IMG/VR virus record: IMGVR_UViG_3300008448_000001
Location: 1 to 64,000 of that record
Direction: 5' to 3' (one strand)
DNA: 64,000 nt
Shown: positions 47,241 to 54,736 of the stretch, piece by piece
Layout of the letters: each line of letters starts with the position of its first letter
Position numbering within the stretch: the first letter of the stretch is position 1
Notes under the pieces: generated by a model
The model's input: only the letters and a program-made list of their open reading frames with translations
Told to the model about the DNA's origin: nothing
The model's database searches: none
Program-made: the position numbers and the translations under genes

Positions 47241-47726
47241 ATGGTTGAGTGTGGAAGTATTGAGTCTCGCGGAACGAGACTTTTTCAAGCTTCGCAGACG
47301 ACAGCGGGTTTGGTCGGAATAGTGCTCAAAGTGCTTGACCTCCAGGACGAATTAAGCGCTACGCATAAAGACTTGTGCGAGGTGAATGACGAACTGCAGG
47401 CTGCCAAGGAAGCTTTGCAGGCTACCAAGGAAGCCTTGCAGGTCTCGCAAAGCGGGGCCAGCCCAGCGGCGACGATTTTTGAGTTTCCCGACGCAATCCG
47501 AATCTCGGAGTTTGCTACTGCGGACGGGTTCTTATCGAATCCGCCCGGCGAGGAGACTTGGATCGGCGCGCTCAGCCACAAAACTGAGCTGGACGTTCGG
47601 GCAATTCTCTCAGGATTGCCCACCGAGGTGGGCTTGCATAAGTTTCTAGCGGCCTACAAGAAGGGCGACAAACTGCTGCATGCTCTCATCAAGGTCTGGG
47701 TCGTTCCAGTTGCAGAGGAGAACTAG
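47241..47726 (+). CDS. hypothetical coiled-coil protein
   Basis: ELQAAKEALQATKEALQ heptads. Confidence 0.65.
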   Translation: MVECGSIESRGTRLFQASQTTAGLVGIVLKVLDLQDELSATHKDLCEVNDELQAAKEALQATKEALQVSQSGASPAATIFEFPDAIRISEFATADGFLSNPPGEETWIGALSHKTELDVRAILSGLPTEVGLHKFLAAYKKGDKLLHALIKVWVVPVAEEN

Positions 47727-47960
47727 ATGGCAACACCCCCAAACGTCAACAAGGTACGCCGCTACGAACAGTGGCGTACCGGACAACTTGACAGGCTTTA
47801 TAACAAGCCTTGCTGTTCTGCAAACGGTGACTACTTAGATGGTTGGTATAATCCAAGTCAGGTAGTTCCAGACTTTCTAACAGTCGGTGAAGCATTCACA
47901 TTGAAGCGTCATTTCGATTGTGCGTATGCTCGACAGTTAGAACAGTATGCCAAAGACTAG
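47727..47960 (+). CDS. hypothetical protein
   Basis: GAGGAG RBS; abuts upstream stop. Confidence 0.6.
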   Translation: MATPPNVNKVRRYEQWRTGQLDRLYNKPCCSANGDYLDGWYNPSQVVPDFLTVGEAFTLKRHFDCAYARQLEQYAKD

Positions 47961-47975
47961 CGAGACAAGGGCGAC

Positions 47976-48149
47976 CGGAATAGGGGCTTTGTAGCCGCTA
48001 TTCCGAGCAATGCAGACTGCCCGAAAACCGCATGAAGAAAGCCGTGCCCGAAGCGAAAGGGCTAGTGCGGAAGGTTATAAGACGGGTAGCTCCGGCAACA
48101 AATCCGGGCAGTCTGAATCGCTCTTTGCGTGATCACGCAAACGTAGAGC
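47976..48149 (+). ncRNA. candidate structured non-coding RNA of unknown family
   Basis: 220-bp intergenic gap containing nested stems, including a perfect 11-bp CAGACTGCCCG / CGGGCAGTCTG pair. Confidence 0.5.
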
Positions 48150-48183
48150 TGACAGTTTTTAAGTAATACAAGCCAGAGGGCAA

Positions 48184-49059
48184 ATGATGACGAACACTAA
48201 TGAAAAGATAAAGCCAAAGCCGAAGTCAAAGGCAAAGCCGAAGCCGAAGAAAAAGCCGGAGAAGGGTTTAACGACTAAGGCTGAAAGAGATTTAGCGGAG
48301 AGCATTGGTTTTAAAGGCAGATACCTTTCTAAGTTGCTACAGGAAGCCGCAAAGTACTGTAAGTTTCAAGGCGGGCAATGCCTCCCGGATGCGGCCAGCT
48401 ACTTGCGTGAAATAGCAAGGCAGCACGCTGTGAAGGTAAAACAGCAGTGGGGAATGTCTGTTCGACAGTACAACCTGTTGCAAAAGAAAGCAAATTGGCT
48501 GCTCAGATCGTTTTCGACCGGTTATTCGATGGGGGAGCTGCGACGGCTTGTCGTCGACGGAAAGGACTTCTGCGTCGATGACAACCGGCGATACTATTCG
48601 AAATCTTACAGGTTCTCGGCAAAACACGGTGAAATCACTGTCCAGCTTACGCTGCAAGACTTGAAAAATATTAGGCGGATTGAAGGTGTCTGGACGGTTC
48701 GCCGCAAGGGGACAGCTGCAAGTTGGCTTGAGTCTCGCAGTTCACTCAGTAAATACCAGGTCACCATGGTCGACGGCCATTTGGTTGGCACATCGCACGG
48801 CAAAACCGTCGCAGAGTGTCACGGACTTGAAGCAGGAAAAGCTATTCGCAATGACACGGGAGAGGTCAAATTTCTCAACCGATTCATCGGGTTTGCAGAT
48901 CGAAGGCTCGCAGGGGCTTGCGAAATCGGCGTACGAGCCTTCTGTGATCGACACAATTTGAACATCGATTTCGGGTACCGGATCGATTTCTTATTGAGTC
49001 TTAACGACAACATTGCAGTACCTTACCTTGATCGCTTGGCGAAGAAGCTGCAGCGATAG
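48184..49059 (+). CDS. basic hypothetical protein with KP-rich N-terminus
   Basis: 291 aa; C-terminal GACEIGVRAFC motif. Confidence 0.75.
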   Translation: MMTNTNEKIKPKPKSKAKPKPKKKPEKGLTTKAERDLAESIGFKGRYLSKLLQEAAKYCKFQGGQCLPDAASYLREIARQHAVKVKQQWGMSVRQYNLLQKKANWLLRSFSTGYSMGELRRLVVDGKDFCVDDNRRYYSKSYRFSAKHGEITVQLTLQDLKNIRRIEGVWTVRRKGTAASWLESRSSLSKYQVTMVDGHLVGTSHGKTVAECHGLEAGKAIRNDTGEVKFLNRFIGFADRRLAGACEIGVRAFCDRHNLNIDFGYRIDFLLSLNDNIAVPYLDRLAKKLQR

Positions 49060-49097
49060 GTAGGTTTTTTGATGTAGTTTTCACCTTGGAGCATAAC

Positions 49098-49469
49098 ATG
49101 GCCTCATGTCCAATCATCAAGTTAGATGTCAAGCCGCGACAGCAGAAGATCGGAGAAACTCGCGAGCAATACCTCAAGCGAGCCCTTAGGTTCTGTCGCA
49201 CCGCGAGTGACAAGCTGTTTGCCACTGGCGAATACCGATATTGCCACGTGTCTTTCATGATTCGCGATACGTTGTTGGCCGTCGAATCGGCGTTTCCCGA
49301 CTTGGGTACGTTCGGTGTCGAAGGCTTCGAGGCCGGGCGGAACTCTCGCTCGCCCGCGGTATCGTATCTCAACACCGGCGACCCTTACGATAGCACCCTC
49401 CTGTACGTCAATGGTCGATATCGGGTCGGCTGTTGGGGTTCTTACGTCGAACGCGGAGACTACCCGTAG
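49098..49469 (+). CDS. conserved phage hypothetical protein
   Basis: TFGVE...YLNTGDPYDSTL...CWG..VE. Confidence 0.75.
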   Translation: MASCPIIKLDVKPRQQKIGETREQYLKRALRFCRTASDKLFATGEYRYCHVSFMIRDTLLAVESAFPDLGTFGVEGFEAGRNSRSPAVSYLNTGDPYDSTLLYVNGRYRVGCWGSYVERGDYP

Positions 49470-49494
49470 CCTTTTCCTTGGAGGTAAATTTACT

Positions 49495-49845
49495 TTGGCT
49501 AAATTCAAATTGCAGCACTTGTTGCCCGAACTGGTTGCGGACTTCCGGGTTGTGCTTAGCGCGTACTGTTTGCCCGAGGACATCTCCGAAGTTATTGCGG
49601 AGATGTCCATTGCACGAGCGTTTGAAATTTTGAACGTCGTAAGTCGCGACCACGCTTACGACGACAGCCACCCGGCTTTTGTTTCCGGACAGTGGCGAAG
49701 AGTCCTACCTTTTGACGGTCGAAAGTATTGTTTCTATTACGTTGACGACGCGACCGACGATCACGTTCGCACTTTGTTGAAACACGTCATTAAGGAGTTG
49801 CAAAACAAAAACGCGGCACCGGTTGCAAATACGGCAAGCGATTAG
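49495..49845 (+). CDS. hypothetical protein
   Basis: GGAGG then TTG start. Confidence 0.6.
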   Translation: MAKFKLQHLLPELVADFRVVLSAYCLPEDISEVIAEMSIARAFEILNVVSRDHAYDDSHPAFVSGQWRRVLPFDGRKYCFYYVDDATDDHVRTLLKHVIKELQNKNAAPVANTASD

Positions 49846-49874
49846 TTTCAGGTTTTTACCCCGAAAGGAAAAGC

Positions 49875-50096
49875 ATGGGAAAATGCAAAAATTGTGTTTT
49901 TTGGGACGGGCAAGAGTGTGATTCGGTCGGTAGAGGGGACGAGGGTTTCGGGTGGCGTCAAAACCCCCTGATACAGTTTGAAATTGAAGCAACAGCCTCA
50001 GACGATACCAACCTGCAAACCAAATTGCTGACAGGCCCGGAGTTCGGTTGTGTCAGGTTTAAAGAAAAGGAAGGCAGCCGTGAAAAAGAAAACTAA
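49875..50096 (+). CDS. small Cys-containing phage protein
   Basis: CKNCVFW ... TGPEFGCVRF. Confidence 0.7.
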   Translation: MGKCKNCVFWDGQECDSVGRGDEGFGWRQNPLIQFEIEATASDDTNLQTKLLTGPEFGCVRFKEKEGSREKEN

Positions 50097-50478
50097 AGAG
50101 CCGGGGAGCGGTTCTCGGCTTTTGGTAAATATACTTGGCGAACAATCGCTGGATGAAATGAACCGAGAAGCCTTTATGCAACTATTGCAACAAAAGAAAG
50201 CTAAGAAGCTGCGATCCCCAAATGCGATAGGTGCAACGCGAATCAAGTTAGCGGAGATTGTCAGCAAGTGCCTTGGAGTTGAGTGCACGCCGAACGATCT
50301 TTATCCGGCTAAGGGTGCGTGGAGAACTGACGTGAGGTTAGATGTCTACCGCTGGGAGATTGTCGCCACAAAGGGCAATATCCCTTTTGTTGCTGGTTGC
50401 TGGGATACCATGACAGATTGCGTGAAGGCAGGTGCAGTGCATTGTGTCGACGGCGTTATTTACTTAGGGCGAGAGTAG
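50080..50478 (+). CDS. hypothetical protein
   Basis: ORF in + strand run. Confidence 0.6.
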   Translation: MKKKTKEPGSGSRLLVNILGEQSLDEMNREAFMQLLQQKKAKKLRSPNAIGATRIKLAEIVSKCLGVECTPNDLYPAKGAWRTDVRLDVYRWEIVATKGNIPFVAGCWDTMTDCVKAGAVHCVDGVIYLGRE

Positions 50479-50539
50479 CCCTACAACCGCCTCTGCTGGG
50501 ATAGGCTCCGGCTCTTTCAAAGATCTAAAGGTTGAAACT

Positions 50540-50809
50540 ATGAAAAGCTACGTTCTAAAATTTGCTGGCAGTGGTGAAGTTTGTGAGGGCTATTTCGAAA
50601 ACGACAGCGAGGCGATTGCATTCGCCGAATCCGTCCTCGAATTTCGCGGACACGAGCCGAGCAAACTTGTTCGCGGCGGCTGGGATGCGGATGGACAAAA
50701 CGACGACGGCGCACAATGCTACCGTATGTTGTTTTGGGCCAACGAGGATGACGCCGAAAACGACGCAGGTGCGAAGTCTATTGCCCAACTTTGCAAGGTT
50801 GGACGGTAA
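50540..50809 (+). CDS. hypothetical protein
   Basis: AAAGG RBS. Confidence 0.65.
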   Translation: MKSYVLKFAGSGEVCEGYFENDSEAIAFAESVLEFRGHEPSKLVRGGWDADGQNDDGAQCYRMLFWANEDDAENDAGAKSIAQLCKVGR

Positions 50810-50828
50810 GCATGGCAGAAAGGCAAGC

Positions 50829-51182
50829 ATGTTAAATGTAGGCATTAAATGGCTTGCGACATTGCCGCAAGGCGGTCGCGAGTTAGTTCACGCAGACACG
50901 CCAGGCGAAGCGAGACGCGTCTTCAACGAAAAATACGGCAAATTGCCTTCCACGTTACGGCTCTTTTCAGGCTTTCCTCGCCTTTACGCGTTTGATCTGA
51001 TTTTCGGCGAAACGGTTTTTCGGCGTGATTTGTTTCCAGCGATTGACTCGAACGCGTGGGTCTTGATTGAGAGTCGGCACCGTTTGGAGGAGTATCTTTG
51101 CACCACTCCAGAGGTTGCCGTGTTTGTTCCACCGTTCCGCGCGACACCGGCAAGTCCGGGGCAGTGGCGAATGGAAGGCTGA
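50829..51182 (+). CDS. hypothetical protein
   Basis: GAAAGG RBS. Confidence 0.55.
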   Translation: MLNVGIKWLATLPQGGRELVHADTPGEARRVFNEKYGKLPSTLRLFSGFPRLYAFDLIFGETVFRRDLFPAIDSNAWVLIESRHRLEEYLCTTPEVAVFVPPFRATPASPGQWRMEG

Positions 51183-51248
51183 ACAAAAGAAGACCGTTTA
51201 ATCGGCTACTTCGTAGACTTTATTTTCACACTTAACAGGAAAGTTTTA

Positions 51249-51911
51249 ATGTCAAACCTAGGTAAAAAAGAAGAAGAAGCTATACGCGAAAAGCTTCAAA
51301 AAATGATTTTGTGCGTTGGCATCGGCAACGAAGATTCCGCCTGCTCTGTAGCCGCGATTAACTTGGTCCTGAGCGGGAGACTGACGGACGACATACCGGA
51401 CTGCATGTCGGAGGGTATCGGATCGTGGATCATCAGGGTTCAAGATGAAATGCCCGCAGATATGCGGAACAGTGCGAAGTGGAAATCGTTGCTGCCGTAT
51501 GCCGCCGGAACAGGCCGTCTGTACGAAAAACAAAGAGTGGAGTTGATATTGGACTGGGTGTGGTGCGAGGTAGTTCCTGCTTTGGTTCCTTACGCCGACA
51601 GGAACGGTTTCCTTGCAGATTGGGACGCTGTGATAACACTAAAAACCATCGAAGCAGTGGATATCGCGTTCACCGCTTCTAAGCAGTACGAACACGCCGC
51701 CTTCTACGATTTTTGCCTTGCACTGCGTACCATTATTCTTGCCGGGCATAGCCCGTCGCTTGTGGGGTACGAGGCTGCCTCAGTCGCAGCGCTTGCTTGC
51801 TTGCTTGGAGGCACGTGGGAAGCGTTTGAACCGTGTGAGTTACTGGAAGATTTGATTAACGTTGACCCGTCGTTTTATGCAGACGGGGAAGGGGCGTCAC
51901 CCGCAACCTAA
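51249..51911 (+). CDS. conserved phage hypothetical protein
   Basis: ACSVAAI...TDD.PDCMS...QD.MP...LLP.AAGT motif. Confidence 0.75.
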   Translation: MSNLGKKEEEAIREKLQKMILCVGIGNEDSACSVAAINLVLSGRLTDDIPDCMSEGIGSWIIRVQDEMPADMRNSAKWKSLLPYAAGTGRLYEKQRVELILDWVWCEVVPALVPYADRNGFLADWDAVITLKTIEAVDIAFTASKQYEHAAFYDFCLALRTIILAGHSPSLVGYEAASVAALACLLGGTWEAFEPCELLEDLINVDPSFYADGEGASPAT

Positions 51912-51937
51912 AAGCGGTTTTAACCTAGGAGTAACAT

Positions 51938-52174
51938 TTGAACGCAATAGAGAGTCGTGAGATTTCCGCCAGTGTCTGGGGTGTAAAGTTGTACGGGTCT
52001 GGTTTCTTGGTCCGTTGGTTGAAAAAGGGCGATCGTTTCACGTGGCCTTTAGATAAAAATGAAATCCCGCAGGTGTACGTTTACAAAGGAAGAGGCTGGT
52101 ATAGTCGAGAAGGTGACCAGCGTTGTTTTCGTACAGGCGTGTTTTGTTGTTGCAACAAGTTGGAGGATAAATGA
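51938..52174 (+). CDS. hypothetical protein
   Basis: AGGAG RBS, TTG start. Confidence 0.55.
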   Translation: MNAIESREISASVWGVKLYGSGFLVRWLKKGDRFTWPLDKNEIPQVYVYKGRGWYSREGDQRCFRTGVFCCCNKLEDK

Positions 52175-52380
52175 GCAAAAAAGACTTACCTTTATTTCAA
52201 CAGAATCGTTACTACACGCACGAGCGAAACGGCATGTTTTATGTTGTTCGTTTCTTCCGTGGTAGCAACTGTGCCTTTACTGCTGGTTTTTCAAGCGAAG
52301 ATGCTCGGCGTACCTGGGTGGAGGCGAACTGTTTAGGTTTCGTTCCGTTCAAAGTCGAGCACGACAATCATAGTACTTAA
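52171..52380 (+). CDS. hypothetical protein
   Basis: GGAGG RBS; ATGA overlap. Confidence 0.6.
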   Translation: MSKKDLPLFQQNRYYTHERNGMFYVVRFFRGSNCAFTAGFSSEDARRTWVEANCLGFVPFKVEHDNHST

Positions 52381-52384
52381 CACG

Positions 52385-53038
52385 TTGGAGGCATCCGTGT
52401 CGATTACAATAACTGAATCCCTTTTAAACCGTCTTAGCGAACGCATTCAAGATGACTTGCTGTGTTTGCTAGATGGGTCTGACGTACAGTCGGCATCGCT
52501 CGAACGACTTAAAACGTTGTCTTGCCAGATCGTTGTTGATCGTGTAAATGAAACAAAGGCGACACAATCTGAGTTGAATGCAAGCGACAACCAGCTACTT
52601 CAACGGTTATCGCAGGTAGAGGCTCAAGTCGCAAAGCTGAAAGAAAGACCTGTGGCGGACAAAAAGAGAAGCAAGAAAAAGCGTCGCGAACGCGACGCGG
52701 GCGGTACCCCTACTGCAAAAAGCTTGGGAGCTTACAGCGCCGAAGAAGTTCGAGAAATGCTCATTAGGCACTTCATAAGTTTGATCGACGATCTAGCGTC
52801 GCAGCAAAACACACGAAAGGCCTTGGAAGATCTGATCTTCAGAATACTCTGCGTCTTTGACGGTGTTGTTGCGGCTTTCCCTGCGTTCAACATCGTCCCT
52901 TTTCCGCATCCTCGTGATAAAGCTTACCTCGAAAGCTGCGGAGAAAAATGGTTCAACGGGGACGACGTAATCAACGATTGCGAGCTGCGAATTTTATTCC
53001 TGGAAAGGCTTAGCGCTAGAAAGCCGAGAGAAACTTGA
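52385..53038 (+). CDS. hypothetical protein
   Basis: C-terminal AYSAEEVRE...DG...PHP.DK motif. Confidence 0.7.
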   Translation: MEASVSITITESLLNRLSERIQDDLLCLLDGSDVQSASLERLKTLSCQIVVDRVNETKATQSELNASDNQLLQRLSQVEAQVAKLKERPVADKKRSKKKRRERDAGGTPTAKSLGAYSAEEVREMLIRHFISLIDDLASQQNTRKALEDLIFRILCVFDGVVAAFPAFNIVPFPHPRDKAYLESCGEKWFNGDDVINDCELRILFLERLSARKPRET

Positions 53039-53388
53039 TGCGAGAGTCAAGCAAAGAAAGCCTACGAATACGCCGGTGTTGGAACGCGGGTGATACGCTA
53101 AGCGAAGCTTCAAAAAGGATGCGAAAGCTGGGTTTCACGGATACGAGATTGCTTATAACCGAGTGGCGCAAAATGAAAAAGCTGTTCGGATGCCGTAGTG
53201 CGCCTGCCTGGTACGTCAACGGTTGGAAGAAGCCGTCCGAAAATCCAGTTTACGCTGAAGCGGAACTGTCACAATTCGTTGGCCCTCCTGGTCTTTACGG
53301 TTCAGGAACTTACGGCGATTGGGCGGGTATCACTGGACCTGGCAAGTGGTTACGCGACATTTTAGCGGAGGGCAGCAATGCAGGTTGA
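53035..53388 (+). CDS. hypothetical protein
   Basis: coupled start. Confidence 0.55.
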   Translation: MMRESSKESLRIRRCWNAGDTLSEASKRMRKLGFTDTRLLITEWRKMKKLFGCRSAPAWYVNGWKKPSENPVYAEAELSQFVGPPGLYGSGTYGDWAGITGPGKWLRDILAEGSNAG

Positions 53389-53683
53389 AACGGATTATGG
53401 CGGTCGACTGTTTGCGGCGGGTGATATTGTTCTTACACTCTCGGGGCGTAAGACCTCGCCGTTTCCGAAGGTTACACCTCGTACGCTCAAGAAAGTCGAC
53501 AAGTGGTTGCTGCAGAACGCTTACGACGAAGCCGTTGCACGTGGAGACAATTTTAACGCGGTCGTTTTTAAGAGTGATTTGGAATGCAAAAGCATTCCGC
53601 AGGCTAGTAAGGATTCGGCGGAAATTTATCTTTTTGAGTGGCAGCCGGTAGTTCAGCCGTCAATACTCAAAGCTATGGGTTAG
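53378..53683 (+). CDS. conserved phage hypothetical protein
   Basis: LT.SGRKTSPFP...WL..NA..EA.ARGD.FN. Confidence 0.7.
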   Translation: MQVETDYGGRLFAAGDIVLTLSGRKTSPFPKVTPRTLKKVDKWLLQNAYDEAVARGDNFNAVVFKSDLECKSIPQASKDSAEIYLFEWQPVVQPSILKAMG

Positions 53684-53764
53684 CTTCGACGCGACAGGCA
53701 GGTTGCGTGATACGAGTAACACAAGCAGTTTACAGTTTTAACATTCTTTGAAGGAGGAATACGG

Positions 53765-54226
53765 ATGAAAAGCAAGTTTGAAGCGTTGAAAGAGTTCCAG
53801 AGTTGGCCTGCGGCTTACCGGGATTTTTGTCTTGATTATTTGGACAGCCTTGAGCCTGACGCCAAGTCTGACACGCTCGAATCGCAGGTGGCGGAAGCGT
53901 GCAAAGTAATCAATTTGAGAAATGAAGTCTCAGTTTGTCCGCACGCGGAGGATTCGGAGCCTTACGAGGTTGAGGGTTCCCGGGGTGCGCAGAGAAAGTG
54001 GGACGCTAAAGAGAAAGCCAAAATAGCGGAGCTTGTCTCCCGCAGTTACCTTTCGGTGGAAGAAGCTTACGCCGAATTCCATATCCTGTTTCCATGGCGG
54101 TCGTTTGATGCCTTTTCGGCCAGGTACAAAGGTGCGGTACGCTACGCAAAGTCGAAGAAAGACAAAGGTACGCCGCCGAGTACGGAGCAAGGCAACGATT
54201 CTGGAGAACTTGGCGACTTTAATTGA
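53765..54226 (+). CDS. putative Myb/SANT-like DNA-binding protein (paralog 1)
   Basis: KFEALKEFQSW N-terminus; RKWDAKE...RSFDAFSARY. Confidence 0.6.
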   Translation: MKSKFEALKEFQSWPAAYRDFCLDYLDSLEPDAKSDTLESQVAEACKVINLRNEVSVCPHAEDSEPYEVEGSRGAQRKWDAKEKAKIAELVSRSYLSVEEAYAEFHILFPWRSFDAFSARYKGAVRYAKSKKDKGTPPSTEQGNDSGELGDFN

Positions 54227-54307
54227 CGCATTTTCGGCGTGTTTATTTTTGTTCAACTGGACGTTTTCGCGTACAAAATTTTTGATTGTTTGAATTGGAG
54301 GTTCAAA

Positions 54308-54643
54308 GTGAAAAATAAGTTTGAAGCGTTGATGGAGTTTCAAAGTTGGTCAAACGACAGCCAACTTCTTTGTCAGGAGTGGAGTCTTTCGACAGCCGAA
54401 AAAACCCAGGTCGCAACGCCGTTGGTTTCGATGCGGGTTATCGCAAAGAAAACTAAAAAGGTAGCGTCTCGCAAGCGCTGGGATGAAGACGAACAGCGTA
54501 TGATTGAAGCCTTCGCAGAAACCCGGATGTCACCAAATGACATCTTTGCAATGTACAAGAAGCAAGGCGGCAAACGAACTTCGGGCTCGGTTTTATCGCG
54601 AATAGGCGAGATTCGAAGTGCTAAGGGGGACCTGGGGCTTTAA
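54308..54643 (+). CDS. putative Myb/SANT-like DNA-binding protein (paralog 2)
   Basis: GGAGG plus GTG; KFEALMEFQSW; RWDEDE...RTSGSVLSRI. Confidence 0.6.
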   Translation: MKNKFEALMEFQSWSNDSQLLCQEWSLSTAEKTQVATPLVSMRVIAKKTKKVASRKRWDEDEQRMIEAFAETRMSPNDIFAMYKKQGGKRTSGSVLSRIGEIRSAKGDLGL

Positions 54644-54658
54644 CTTCGAGCCGTGAGC

Positions 54659-54706
54659 AAACTTTCCGCGACTTAAGCCCGTGGCAGTCGCGGAAAGTTT
54701 TTGTTT
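54659..54706 (+). terminator. 15-bp inverted repeat followed by T-rich tract
   Basis: AAACTTTCCGCGACT 54659-54673 / AGTCGCGGAAAGTTT 54686-54700. Confidence 0.65.
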
Positions 54707-54736
54707 CCAATGTTTTAGTTTTGAAAGGAAATAACG

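Noticed and set aside
48028-48070. Hammerhead ribozyme (CATGAAGA ... GAAA)
   Set aside because: The core does not match CUGANGA, and no proper stem II lies between the two motifs.
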